Source: Psammoneis japonica
Taxonomy: Eukaryota
Direction of reading: 5' to 3'
Length of the DNA stretch: 64,000 nucleotides
Assembly (NCBI GenBank): GCA_008632985.1
Contig: QPGO01000048.1
Coordinates: 434,001-498,000 of the forward strand
Both the position numbers and the translations under genes were made by a program. Below, in pieces: positions 1-10,864 of this stretch. Under the pieces are notes generated by a model, which was not told where the DNA came from, did no database searches, and saw only the letters and a program-made list of their open reading frames with translations. The stretch's first letter is position 1, and the number at the start of each line of letters is the position of its first letter.

Positions 1-653
1 GTTCTTGGTCAATGTTTTGGTCTTCGCAGCAGTGACGCTCCTCTGTTGGTGCAACGTCACCTTTGGAACCTACAATCGAGGTCCGGACAAAGGGTTTCAG
101 CACACCCAGGTCAAACCAGACGACAACAAGATGCACAAGGTGACTGTGAAAGCGCTTTCTGTTGCCAAGGCACTGCTCAAAGGTGTCAAAGTTTGCGAGA
201 TGCCTGGCAACCCCTTGTGTCCCTTGAAACTGTTCAGAAAGTGTTGGGGATGGTGCCGCCCAGACCAAAAATGTTTCCTGCACCACTGCGCAAGAACAGG
301 TGCAATGACTTGCCACACCAAGTGGCAGAGAAGAAACAAATGGGGAAAACTGCGGTTGGCAATCAAATGAAATGTGCAGCCGAGCTTTGTGGGCTTGAAA
401 ATTGGGAAATGGTGACAAATCATTCAAGCTGAGTGCTCTTGATTGCAGCTTTGGTCTCTGTGAATCTCCACCCAAGAGAGATCGCCAACCGTGTCAGGCA
501 CAAGTCTGCGGAAAGCCAGAATGTCTGCATGCACGAGCATGAGAAGGTTGAGCCATGTGCAGGACGCGATTCGTCCAGCGTCCGTCGCAGCTGCCTCTGC
601 GGTTCAAGAAGTTGATGCTGCAATTCAAGGAGTTGATGCTGTGACAGTGACCT

Positions 654-1253
654 TTGCTGAGGGAGATTCCAGTGGTTCGTCTGCTCCTTCTGAAACAGAG
701 CTGGCGAGTTTGTGCTCTCAGTTTGTGCTCTCGGTGTGATGCCTTGTCGGCTGACAAAAACAATCTTGAGTCCACTGTTCAGGAGCTCAAAGCCACTGTT
801 GGCAATCTTGAGTCCGCCAATGCCATGTTGGTGTCAGAAAAAGACCACTTGGAAAGTGAAAAAGCTGTGCTCCAGGATGGTCTTCAGACAGCCAAACAGA
901 AAATCGAGAAAATGCCTGCAGCTTCCGACTTTGGTTCAATGGATTTTGGTTCAATGGCGGATCATGTTGCTCGTCGTGACAACGCGCTTGAGTTGATGGA
1001 CACCAAGCATTGTGAAGCAAAGAAAGAGAAAATGCAGGTGCTCAACCAGAGCACACAACTCGAGTTGCAGCTTGGAACAATTCAAAGCCATGAGGATGAG
1101 ATCAACTGCCTCAAGGATTCTCTGGCACAGGCAGGTGCCTTGAATCAAAACCTGACCAACAACTTCAGTCAATCTCAGATGCGTGCAGCACAGCTTTCGG
1201 GACGGGTTCATGATTTGCAGGAGCGGAGGAACCGAGTGTGCACAATCATGTAG
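654..1253 (+). pseudogene. Degenerate coiled-coil ORF remnant of unknown origin
   Basis: Heptad-like text (LSADKNNLESTVQELKATVGNLESANAMLVSEKDHLESEK) inside the hypermutated domain; no Tyr; no recognisable domain. Confidence 0.4.
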
Positions 1254-1989
1254 AGTGACTTTCTTTTAGACCAAATGGGGCAGTCTGTTGCAATCACAGT
1301 GAGCCAGCATTGCCAGACTCAATGCACTGCACTCAACACACTGTGCACTTGGCACGATCCTCCAAAAAGTGAGCTGCAGCACATCACTGCGCTCGCACCA
1401 GCCTCATCCAGAACAACCTCATGCACATGTTTGAATGCTCTCGCGTCATGCTTGTTCTGCACAAATTAAAAAGTTTCAATGTTGTCATTCGTTTCGTGAC
1501 ATCATCAGCCGTCATGGTGTGTGTGACACCATCATCTGTCTCGACCAATCAGCGTTCATGGAATCACATGATGATCCCGGCAAAGAACGTCTCAACCAAT
1601 CAACATTCAGGGAATCCAATCCCAGCATCGGAAATCACAGCCGGCGGCTGCACATGATTCTATGACAATTCTGCACTGAGACCCGGTGCGGGTCAGATTC
1701 CAGAAATCTGGAAAATGCCACCTCCGAGCGTCGACCCGGTGTGATTCCGTGGTTTTTTCGGCACAAAGCTCGGCGAAGTCATGCAAACACAGGGATCACA
1801 ACCCACGAATGTGACCGCGCTGCGGAACAAAGAACAGACACTGTCCAATGCAGCACCACCACCTGCCGCACAAAGTCAGGGCACCGCAGGGCGTGGCAAA
1901 CAACACGCAACAACAATGCATGCCGACAACAAAACAACCATCAGCACCACGTTCAAACAGTTGCTTCTTTAGAGACTCTTTACAGAGCT

Positions 1990-4772
1990 GTTGCCAAAAC
2001 AGTCGAGAGCCGTGTGTGTCAACAATTCCATCAGCGACGTGAGCGCATCAACAACTTCCACCAGACAGCTGGGACAAGCTGAAAGCACAGCAAGTGCAGA
2101 CAGATGCGCGTTGCGGTTGCACCAAATTTACAGAGTGTGGAAAGGAAAATTGCCGTTCGAGCAAATGCAGCTAATTGAAATTGAGGAAGACCACCTCGAG
2201 TTTGAAATGCTGTCTTGTGCAAAGTGGTGCTCTTCTGCTCCAATGCCAAAGAATTTTGATGATGACTTGCAACCAACACGCCACAATCAAGATGGGCCTG
2301 CAAAGCTGTTGGTGGCAACCACTCTTTCAAAATGCACCGGAAAGGTCCTGACATTGATCAGAAGACCCAACATTGATTGGAAGACAATGGCCCGACCACC
2401 CTGACTTTGCCAAGTTAAAGGAAAATGAACATCCAAGTTGGTGGACACGGATGAAAAGCCAATTTGAGAGAGAAATTGAGGCACATCACCTGCGACTCGG
2501 CAGTGAGTGTGCTTTTGGTGAATCGACAACGCATTCACTGCATTCAGACAATCAATGCGTTGGCTGTGACGGGGAGATTGCTTTGCCCATCAATGACTTT
2601 ATTTCCATCATTGACCTTCAAACTGTTCTCAAGAAGCTCTTTGAGGATGCAACTCTTGACTGTGGCAATGGAGGCAAGCTGCAACAATGCGCATGGCTTG
2701 CGATTTGTTTCAATGCCGTTGGTCGGGGAGGAGAAATGAAGTTTGTAGACATGGCTGAATGGGTGTGTCATCCAAGGTTTGAAGCCACTGACGTTGGATG
2801 GACTGAGCTCAAAATGAAGGAAAAGCATTCCATGCCAATGGCTCTGGACAAGAGCCGCTGTCTCCAAGATTTCTGCCATGCTGTGGGTTTGTTTTGGTCC
2901 GTTGAGAATGGATTGTTTTGAGTGGGGGAGGACCAGCTTGCAATTCAATCATTCCTCTTTCCAGATCTTCACAGCATCAATGACAATGGGGTGTCGAAGA
3001 AGGTCACCAGTGTCATTCGAGACAATTTGCCGCAGGGCTGCCCGAAAGACATCAAAGATTCATTTTTGACTAAATCAATGCAGAAAGGGAGCATGACGGA
3101 GCTCACGACTCACAAGGCAATGGACGCGTTGGACATTTGCGGTCACTCTGGTCATTCCACTGGCACCAACTTGGACACGTGCACAGACAAAACATTCATT
3201 GTACGAGGGCTTTGTGGAGCAAAGGCCTTGGCATGCTTTCGTGACATTGACGCAGATGCAAGAGTGCCAAGGCTTGAACACTTGGGAGCTCACACGGCTG
3301 CCGCCATTGACGCACTGATGCAGTCTCTCTTTGTTGTGTCTGTCCCGTCTTTCAAGTCTGGCAGATCGCTGCATGTTGTGCTGCGAACTTGCATGGCTTC
3401 CTTGATCATGCACCACACTGCGGTGTCAACCGAATGTTCTCCTGCGAATGCTGTTGCAACAGAACTTCGTATTGTGGCACGAGAAGCAGCTGTTTCTGAT
3501 TCTCGTCATCCAGGTTTGGCTCCCGAATGCATTCTGGACAAGTGGTTGGAAATTGTCATGAACGACTTTCAAGATCACAATCCTGAGATGGCGGAAGCTC
3601 AGCCGGACATGGTGTCCATGGCTGCTGCGATTAACCAACAATTGAGTGTCTTGAATCAAATGCATGCTGAGATGAAGGAGATGCGCAAAGAACAGGAGAG
3701 AGCCAACCTGCATGAATCGGCACAGCTGGAGTGCATTTCTGCACTCGAGAATGAAAACAAAGCCTTTCGACTTGATCTTTTGAGAGCAAATGAGAAGCTG
3801 GCGATCATCAGGACGCCAGAGAGCGCATCAACTGGTGCATCAATGAGCCGAACCAGTGTGTCATTGAGCCGCCCACGACAAGCAATTGGCGCTGATGAAT
3901 GCAACGAAGGCAACAAGAACCCACGCACTGCATTGTGCGCATCTCCCGGGCAAGCGGCAGCTTCGACAATGGAGACCAATGCTGCTGCTGATGCGTCATC
4001 TCAATTGAATGCAGCAACAACAACGGCACCAACTGAGGCAGCTGCTCAATCAACTGAGCAAGCGACTGCCGCTGTGACAGCTCACTCTGATCTGTTGACT
4101 GTGGCTTGTTGACTTCTTGTTCCATCAAGGCCATTGGTGCATGGCGCACAAGCAAAAGCAAGCTCAAGCAAGACAATGGGCAGAGGCATCACTGTCTCAT
4201 TGTTGCTGCAGGATCTACATCGACTCAGACGTTTGAAGAAGAAAAAATGGAAAGATTTGGAAGTTCCAAAGAAATGCACTGAAGCGCAGTGCACAAGGCA
4301 CATGGTCGAGTTGTGCCAGTGCGTGGTGTCCGATGCCGAGAAAGAGGTTCTCAAAGGCAGCAACAGTCTTTTGGACGAGGAGTTCCTCCAGCTTTTAAAT
4401 GACATTGAGGTGCGAGCTCTTGACAAAATGTGGGAATTGGAAGGAAAGGATCCTCATGTTGAACAACAGCTTCAAAAGCACTTGAATCCAAGCCAACAAG
4501 TCAAGGCAACCTGCATTGGATGGGGCAAGTGTGTGAAGATGCACAAAAAAATCTTCAGAAGCATGCAAAATCATCAAAAAACTTCAACAACGAAAAGCTT
4601 CGTCCGCTTCCTGAAGAATCGCCGCCTGGAACTCCCAAAGACAATCGATCGATTGCAAGTGCGTTTCGCACTGCTTCAGTGGCGATGGCTTCCGCACCTG
4701 CTCCCAATGACACAGCTGGTGAGTCACAGTTTCTTGACACCAGGAATTGGTGCTGCACCAGCAGTGACATAA
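1990..4772 (+). mobile_element. Degenerate Crypton-like tyrosine-recombinase transposon ORF
   Basis: YR-like motifs in order: FNAVGRGGE (catalytic R), TELK, TKSMQKGSMTEL (HSxRKG-like), GHSGH...NLDTC (expected ..DTY; TGC at 3180-3182). In-frame TGA at 2919-2921 separates ORFs 2373-2921 and 2922-4112. No RT nearby, so Crypton-like rather than DIRS. Confidence 0.65.
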
Positions 4773-5165
4773 AATGGGCAAGTGGCTTCGTGTCGCACAG
4801 CACGGCGCTCTTGCGCCAACTTTCAGAGCAAATTTGAGCTTGCTGTCATGCCGCCAATGTTTCACCTGTGCAAGCATTCTGATGACACGTGTTTGCTCGT
4901 GAGACACTGCATTTCCAGAGAGCAATGCACCAGAGTGAACATGAACTGGGAACACAGGTTCATGTCACGCCGCGCCTTTGCGCCGGTTGCAACTTCCTTT
5001 GGAAGATGTTGCACCCTCTTGCCACCAGATTCTTCTGTTGTCTCAACAAAAAACACATCTGCAACCTCTCCCTTTTCTTCAATTGCCATGCTGAAATGCT
5101 GGAATCCTGGTGCATGAAAGCTGCTGGTTGTTGCCAACACATTCGCGGCACCGCTGGTGTTGTCA

Positions 5166-5965
5166 TGGAGCTGCAATTTGGCTGCAAATTGGAGCTTGCT
5201 GTCAAACCACAAATGTCACCCACACAAACATTCTGATGACATGCGTGCACTCGTGAGACATTGCATTTCCAGGAAGTGATGCACCAGTGGACAGAAAATG
5301 GGAATGCAGCTTCATGTCGTGCCGCACCCACACGCCATTTGCAGAGCTGCAACTTGGCTGCAAATTGGAGCTTGCTTTCAAACCACAAACATCACTCATG
5401 CAAACATTCTGACAACATGCGTGCACTTGTGAGATGTTGCATTTCCAGGAAGTGATGCACCAGTGGACAGAAAATGGGAGTGCAGCTTCATGTCGTGCTG
5501 CACCTGCGCGCCATTTACAGAACTGCAACTTGGCTGCAAATTGGAGCTTGCCATCAAACCACAAATGTCACCTGTGCAAACATTCTGATGACACACATGC
5601 ACTTGTGAGACATTGTGTTTCCGGGAAGTGATGCACCAGTGGACAGAAAATGGGAGTGCAGCTTCACATCGTGCCGCACCTGCATGCCATTTACAGAGCT
5701 GCAACTTGGCTGCAAATTGGAGCTTGCTGTCAAACCACAAATGTCACCCACACAAACATTCTGGTGACATGCATGCACTCGCAAGACATTTTATTTCCAG
5801 GAAGTGATGCACTGGTGAACAAAAAATGAGAAAGCAGCTTCATGTCGCACCGGCGGCGCACTGTTGGCTCACTTTTCAGAGCAACATTTTTGCTGCAAAT
5901 TGAAGCTTGCTGTCACAACACAAACATCACCTGCACAAGCATTCTGATGACACATGCATGCTCAG
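5166..5965. repeat. 176-bp tandem repeat, about 4.5 copies, plus a diverged copy at about 4820-4990
   Basis: Anchor gctgcaaatt at 5181, 5357, 5533, 5709 (spacing 176) and 5892 (spacing 183). Confidence 0.95.
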
Positions 5966-6689
5966 AAGACATTGCATGACCAGAAAATGATGAACACGAC
6001 ATGGGAAAGCAGCATCACATCGCATCGCTCTCTTGCACCATCGTCGCATCTCTTTGTGCAGTGCACAGTGAGCACCGCAGAGTGTCGCTCAACTCTCAAC
6101 AAGGTTCTTTGACACCGATGTTGGGCTTTTGTGCTGCAGCGCGCTTTCGCAGTCGGCCGGTCGCCGGACGGCCCATTTGCATTGTCGCGGTTGCCACGCT
6201 TTGCGCTGTTGCTGCGCTTTGCACGTTTTTTTTCCGTGGCCCTGTCACGAATTTGCGGCTTTGTGGTTCTTGACCTGGTGCTGGATCGTGCTTTCCGAGT
6301 CGTGATTCCTGCCTGCCGGCGTTGAGCACACTGAGATTCCTGCACAGGATGTGCACAACGGAAACATTTTCACGCACACTTCTACAGGATTGCCGCACTT
6401 CGAAGTGCAAACCAAATGACTGACCAAGACTGCATGGATTCCGAAATTATGGAGCTCGCAGCTCTTCGGTGGCAGTTTTTTTTGTTTTGTGCAGGCCACC
6501 GTGAAGCCTGCAGAGGAATTGGCAGCAATTTTGGAAGTGCCAAGTTCCAACGAATGCTCTGCATGCAAACTCATGGGATTAATTCTACAAAGGTTCACAA
6601 AAATGACAGTGATTGAGAAATTTAGCAATGGTCACAACACAAACAAAATCTCAGAGAATCCATGTTTTTCGATCACAACTGTCATTTGC

Positions 6690-6975
6690 GGCACGATGTG
6701 TTTGTTGTTCACCAAGCCGGGGTGCAGCAACACCCAAGGATGGCTTGCCCTTCCTCTGGCTCTAATTGCTTTCTCTTGTTTGGTGTTCCACAGCATGTTT
6801 TGCTTGCGTGAAGTGTTGTCTCTCTTTTCAACTCGTCGTCTCGCACGATGTGTTGTTGTTTGCCAAGCCGGAATGCCGCAATCGCCAAAGGATGACTCGC
6901 CCTTCCTCTGGATTGAGACCTTGCATTTGTTTGGTGTTCCACAACATGTTTTGTTTGCACGAAGTGTTGTCTCTA
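6690..6975. repeat. Tandem duplication, about 151-bp unit, 2 copies
   Basis: gcacgatgtg..ccaagccgg at about 6691 and 6843; ttggtgttccaca..gaagtgttgtctct at about 6780 and 6931. Confidence 0.8.
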
Positions 6976-7634
6976 GGCGGCGCAGGTGTTGCCAGTTAAG
7001 TCCGGAGGTCGGGGCAAATCGAATGCGTGTCTCCAGCCTTGAGTCCATGTCACTCTTGTGTCTTTGAGCGCAGGAAGTTGCCTGTTTGCTTGACCCGTCA
7101 GGTCATGGCTGTTGAAACAGACAGCAGCGTTCGTCTGCGAAGCAGCAAAAGCTCGCCGAGCAGATCATGCCGTTGACGGAACACAGGTTTGGGGTTCTGT
7201 TGCATCAGTGACATGATGCGGCAAGTCTTCACTCGCAGGGAGTGTTGATTTAGAACGCGGTCGACTCGCAAGTTCTCTTGTTGTCTCCGCAGTGCGCCCC
7301 CTCTTTTTTCTTTTTTTGGGATGGTTTTCCACCCCAAAAACAGGAAAAAGCTTGAGCTCCATCTTCTGATGGTGCTCTTGAGGCAATGTTGTCCTGCGCG
7401 ACTGATTTCTGTCAACTTTTGATGTTGGCATGTTTCAAATGTTTGAAACACGCTTTGAAGCTGTTCCAACAGATGTGGAAAGCCTAAAAGTGCAAGACAG
7501 CAATCTACATTTGCGTGTGAGGCATTCCGCACGTGCATCAATGGACTGCAATGACGGTCGTAGCACCTGCATGCTTTGATGCTGTTGTTTCTGTTTGTGT
7601 GCCACACCGCTCTCTTTCTTTCAGATGCCGTCTC

Positions 7635-7955
7635 TTCACTGTCTGTCATTCCCTTGGGTCCACACTGGGCCATTCATTGCCGCATGCCCCAAGGCTTGTC
7701 GTTGACACCTGTCATGTGGTGGAATTCTGCCGCTGATCGCTTGCATGTCACAAATGGATTCATTGCACCCCAACCTGCAACGACACAACACACCTTCACT
7801 GTCCGTCATTCCCTTGGGTCCACGCTCGGCCATTCGTTGCCGCATGCCCCAAGGCTTGTCATCGACACCTGTCATGTGGTGGACATTCTGCCGCTGATCG
7901 CTTGCATGTCACACGTGGATTCATCGCACCCCAACCTGCAATGATGCAATGTACA
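7635..7955. repeat. Tandem duplication, about 160-bp unit, 2 copies
   Basis: gtc(t/c)gtcattcccttgggtccac...ccccaacctgcaa starts at 7641 and at 7801. Confidence 0.92.
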
Positions 7956-8079
7956 ATGCACATGCCCAAAGGTGCTTTGAGGTGCTGACTGTTCAATGGA
8001 TTAACCCAAGAGGCCATGGGATCAGGTTGTCACATGCCTGGAACTGAGCAGAGGGCTGCTCTTCCACCCTTTTCCCATC

Positions 8080-9150
8080 CTTGCAATGAGCGTTTGCATC
8101 ATTGCCAGTTGGATGGATTACAATCGTGTTGTCAAAGTCTGCCTTGGTCGCTCCCATCTTGACAGCTGCTGCAACACCTTCCATTGCTTCCATGTGCTGC
8201 TGAATCTGTTGCCAAATGAACCCCAACCACCTTGTCAGTCGCTGTCCAAAAGATGTTTTTGACATGGTGCACGTTTCTGACTCTGTGCACAGGAGTTCAG
8301 AGTGCATCATTGGTCGAAATTTGGTCTTGCAGACTGTTGTGTCTTTGAATTTCTCTGCCGCGTCCTCTTCTGCACCTGACAGTTGCAAATTTGGGATTCG
8401 TCAACACGGCAGATGCAACAACAAGTCGGTGTTGACCTCCGAAAAGTGCATCGGCAAGTCGGTGACCCTCCATCGATGCGACAGGCACAAGAGCAATGCG
8501 GCCCATTGCATCACCAACGGTTTGGACACCACTGACATTTGTTTTGAGTTTTCACAGACAGCAACAAAGCTGCCCTTTGTTTCGACTCCGGATGACATGA
8601 GTGCCGTTCAGCGGGATTCCTGTTGGATTGCAGATCAACATTGGTGTTCGTCTGCATCATTTCATCTCGCAGCAGCTCTCGCATGTGCTGATCTAAACCT
8701 CACAAGAACAAGTCTCCACGACACATGAGGGTCACGTCAGCGCCAATTGAGGCCGTTCATCATCTGTGCCAACTCAAGAGCCCACAGTGACGATTGGCTC
8801 TGGCTGTTCCTTTGGGTGAGACATTTCATTGGAAGAAACAGCGTGTTGGACACTGGGAATGTTGGGCTTGTTGGACCAGCCTCCGACCGCGATGACAACA
8901 TTCTTTGCTTTTGAAGTCTGCGACACTATCCGACCACAGTCAGTCAACACATCAACGACTGCATTGTCGGCCCGTTCAAAATGCCAAAGCCTTCGACAGC
9001 TTCAACGCCGGCGTTCTTTAGGACAGCTTGCAAGGGATGAGATCTCACATGTTGTGCTGATGTGTTCAACCAAGTGGAATCACCATCTCTTGCATGTCCC
9101 GCGAGTGCCATTGCGTGGATGCATTTTCTGGACAAACAGCAGAAAAAGTC
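8080..9150 (-). pseudogene. GSR: Glutathione reductase pseudogene (frameshifted, internally deleted, hypermutated)
   Basis: Ordered motifs across frames: VLKNAGVEAVEGFG; AKNVVIAVGGWSNKPNIP..SSNE; LELAQMMNGL..ADVTL; GRIALVPVASMEGHRLADALFGG; TTVCKTKFRPM; AVKMGATKADFDNTIVIHPT. Confidence 0.88.
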
Positions 9151-10159
9151 AGAGCATCCAACGAAATCACGATGAAATGACCACTCCTCGTCTTTGCTCT
9201 CCCTCCTCAACATTGCTGCTGCTGACATCTTCACAACATCCTTTTTGCCCACACAACTGTCAGGCCGTGACGTCACAACTGCTTTCAAAGCCGAGGTCGA
9301 CACAGCTTTCAGGTGCGCCCAAAGGCGAGAAGCACTTGGCTGCGAACTGCAGCAACATTCCATTTGCAGAAAACAACACTTTCGAATGCAGCGATTCGGG
9401 TGCAACTGAGGACTGCAGGAGGGCATCCTTGGAATGTGATGGCAGCAGAGCTTTTACCCCACACTGTCACGACCATTTCTGTCGTGGCTGGCACACTCTT
9501 TCTCCTTCCTCCTGATGCTGATTTTGCAGGTGTTTTCACCCCGTCACCCCTTCGTCATGACCACTGCATGTTGCTCGTCATCTTTGCATGATGATTTCTT
9601 CGAACAAGACGTTTGCTGTGTGCACAAACAGCCAAATGCACTCTTCCAAACAAAACCCAGTGGGTGACAAACCAAAAGAGCGTCATGGTGCATGCATCCA
9701 TTGGCGCGGCGGCTCATTCATTCGCTGTCTGCCCGTTGTCATGTGCAAAATTTCAAAATCGTGTGGACCTGCACATCACCTGTGCTGTGGTTTCTCCCTC
9801 CACTGCTGCGACTGATTCCAGATTCCAAATCTCCAAATTGGCCATGGCATTGGGCTCTGAAGTGGTTGAAGCAGTGAAGCACCACATGATCTCAAAGGCC
9901 GGTGCAGCGGCGGCACGAGCGCTCTCCAATGCTGCAGCATGAGAGCAGCTGCCTGCTGTTTGCCGCACTGCTTGTCCTTTGCATGCTTTTGCGGAAAGTG
10001 TGGTTGCGCTTGTTTCTCATTTGTTGTCTCAAACGACCAGGCGTTAGATCACATGATGCCAAAGATGCACATCTCCCATCATCAAACATCAATGAACACT
10101 TGACTCTCTGCTTGCACGTCAACCGGTGCACTGCTGGCACGGGCTTTTCTGTGCAACAA

Positions 10160-10500
10160 CCTCCTCTGGTCACAGTTGATTCCAGCACAACACTGCTGGC
10201 CAGAAGGACAGTCAATGTGTCCGTCGTGTTGCAAACGGCACCACAGCTGGTTTCCGCATCCTGCCAGTTCACTCCACACCTTGCAACAGGTGTGGGAGGA
10301 GGTCCACTTGATGAGGAGCACTCTTCAGAACCACAAGTCACCAAATGGGCATGGTTGCAGCACTGATTTGTCTCATCAAACAAGAGACCATCAGAGCAAG
10401 AAATGGGTGATCTGACAACCAAACCGTTCTTGCAGTGATGAAACTTGGTGCAGGCATCAATCAACTTGAGTCTGGTTTCTCCACTTTCACAACACATGGT
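10160..10500 (-). pseudogene. Chitin-binding (CBM14/peritrophin-A-like) domain relic plus Cys-rich module
   Basis: C..DACTKFHHCKNG..ISCSDGLLFDETNQCCNHAHLVTC matches CBM14 spacing (expected KFY.C, CNY), followed by RCGVNWQDAETSCGAVC and, after a frameshift, DCPSGQQCCAGINC. Confidence 0.75.
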
Positions 10501-10864
10501 GCCTGGGGAAGCAGCGGCTGCTGGGGGTGGAGAAGGGATCGCGCCAAACGCGCAGACACTTTCCAGGTCCAGGTGGGACCTCGCACTGCTGAACTGTGAC
10601 ATCGACAGTTTTTTGAATTGCATTGCATGTCGCGCACGCAGAATTCTGCATGATTTTGTTGACATTTTGTGTCATTTTGTGGCACACTCATTGAGCGATC
10701 CATCCAACAACTTTTGACATTTTTTGTTGCAGCGCGATTCTACAATGCTGAAAATCATCCGTTGTGTTGCGAATCTTTTGGCGTGATGAAAAACACAGAT
10801 GGCACAACAACAATGACATTGCAGCACTCACACAAGTCTTGCAAGTGTTGCAAAACATTTGTGA

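Noticed and set aside
5166..5965. Repeat array as a CRISPR array or coding repeat
   Set aside because: Whole 176-bp units repeat with no unique spacers, the period is not divisible by 3, the context is eukaryotic, and there are no cas genes.
7100..7500. Possible HMG-box-like relic on the minus strand
   Set aside because: Only a faint resemblance (HQKLTEISR..); not supportable.
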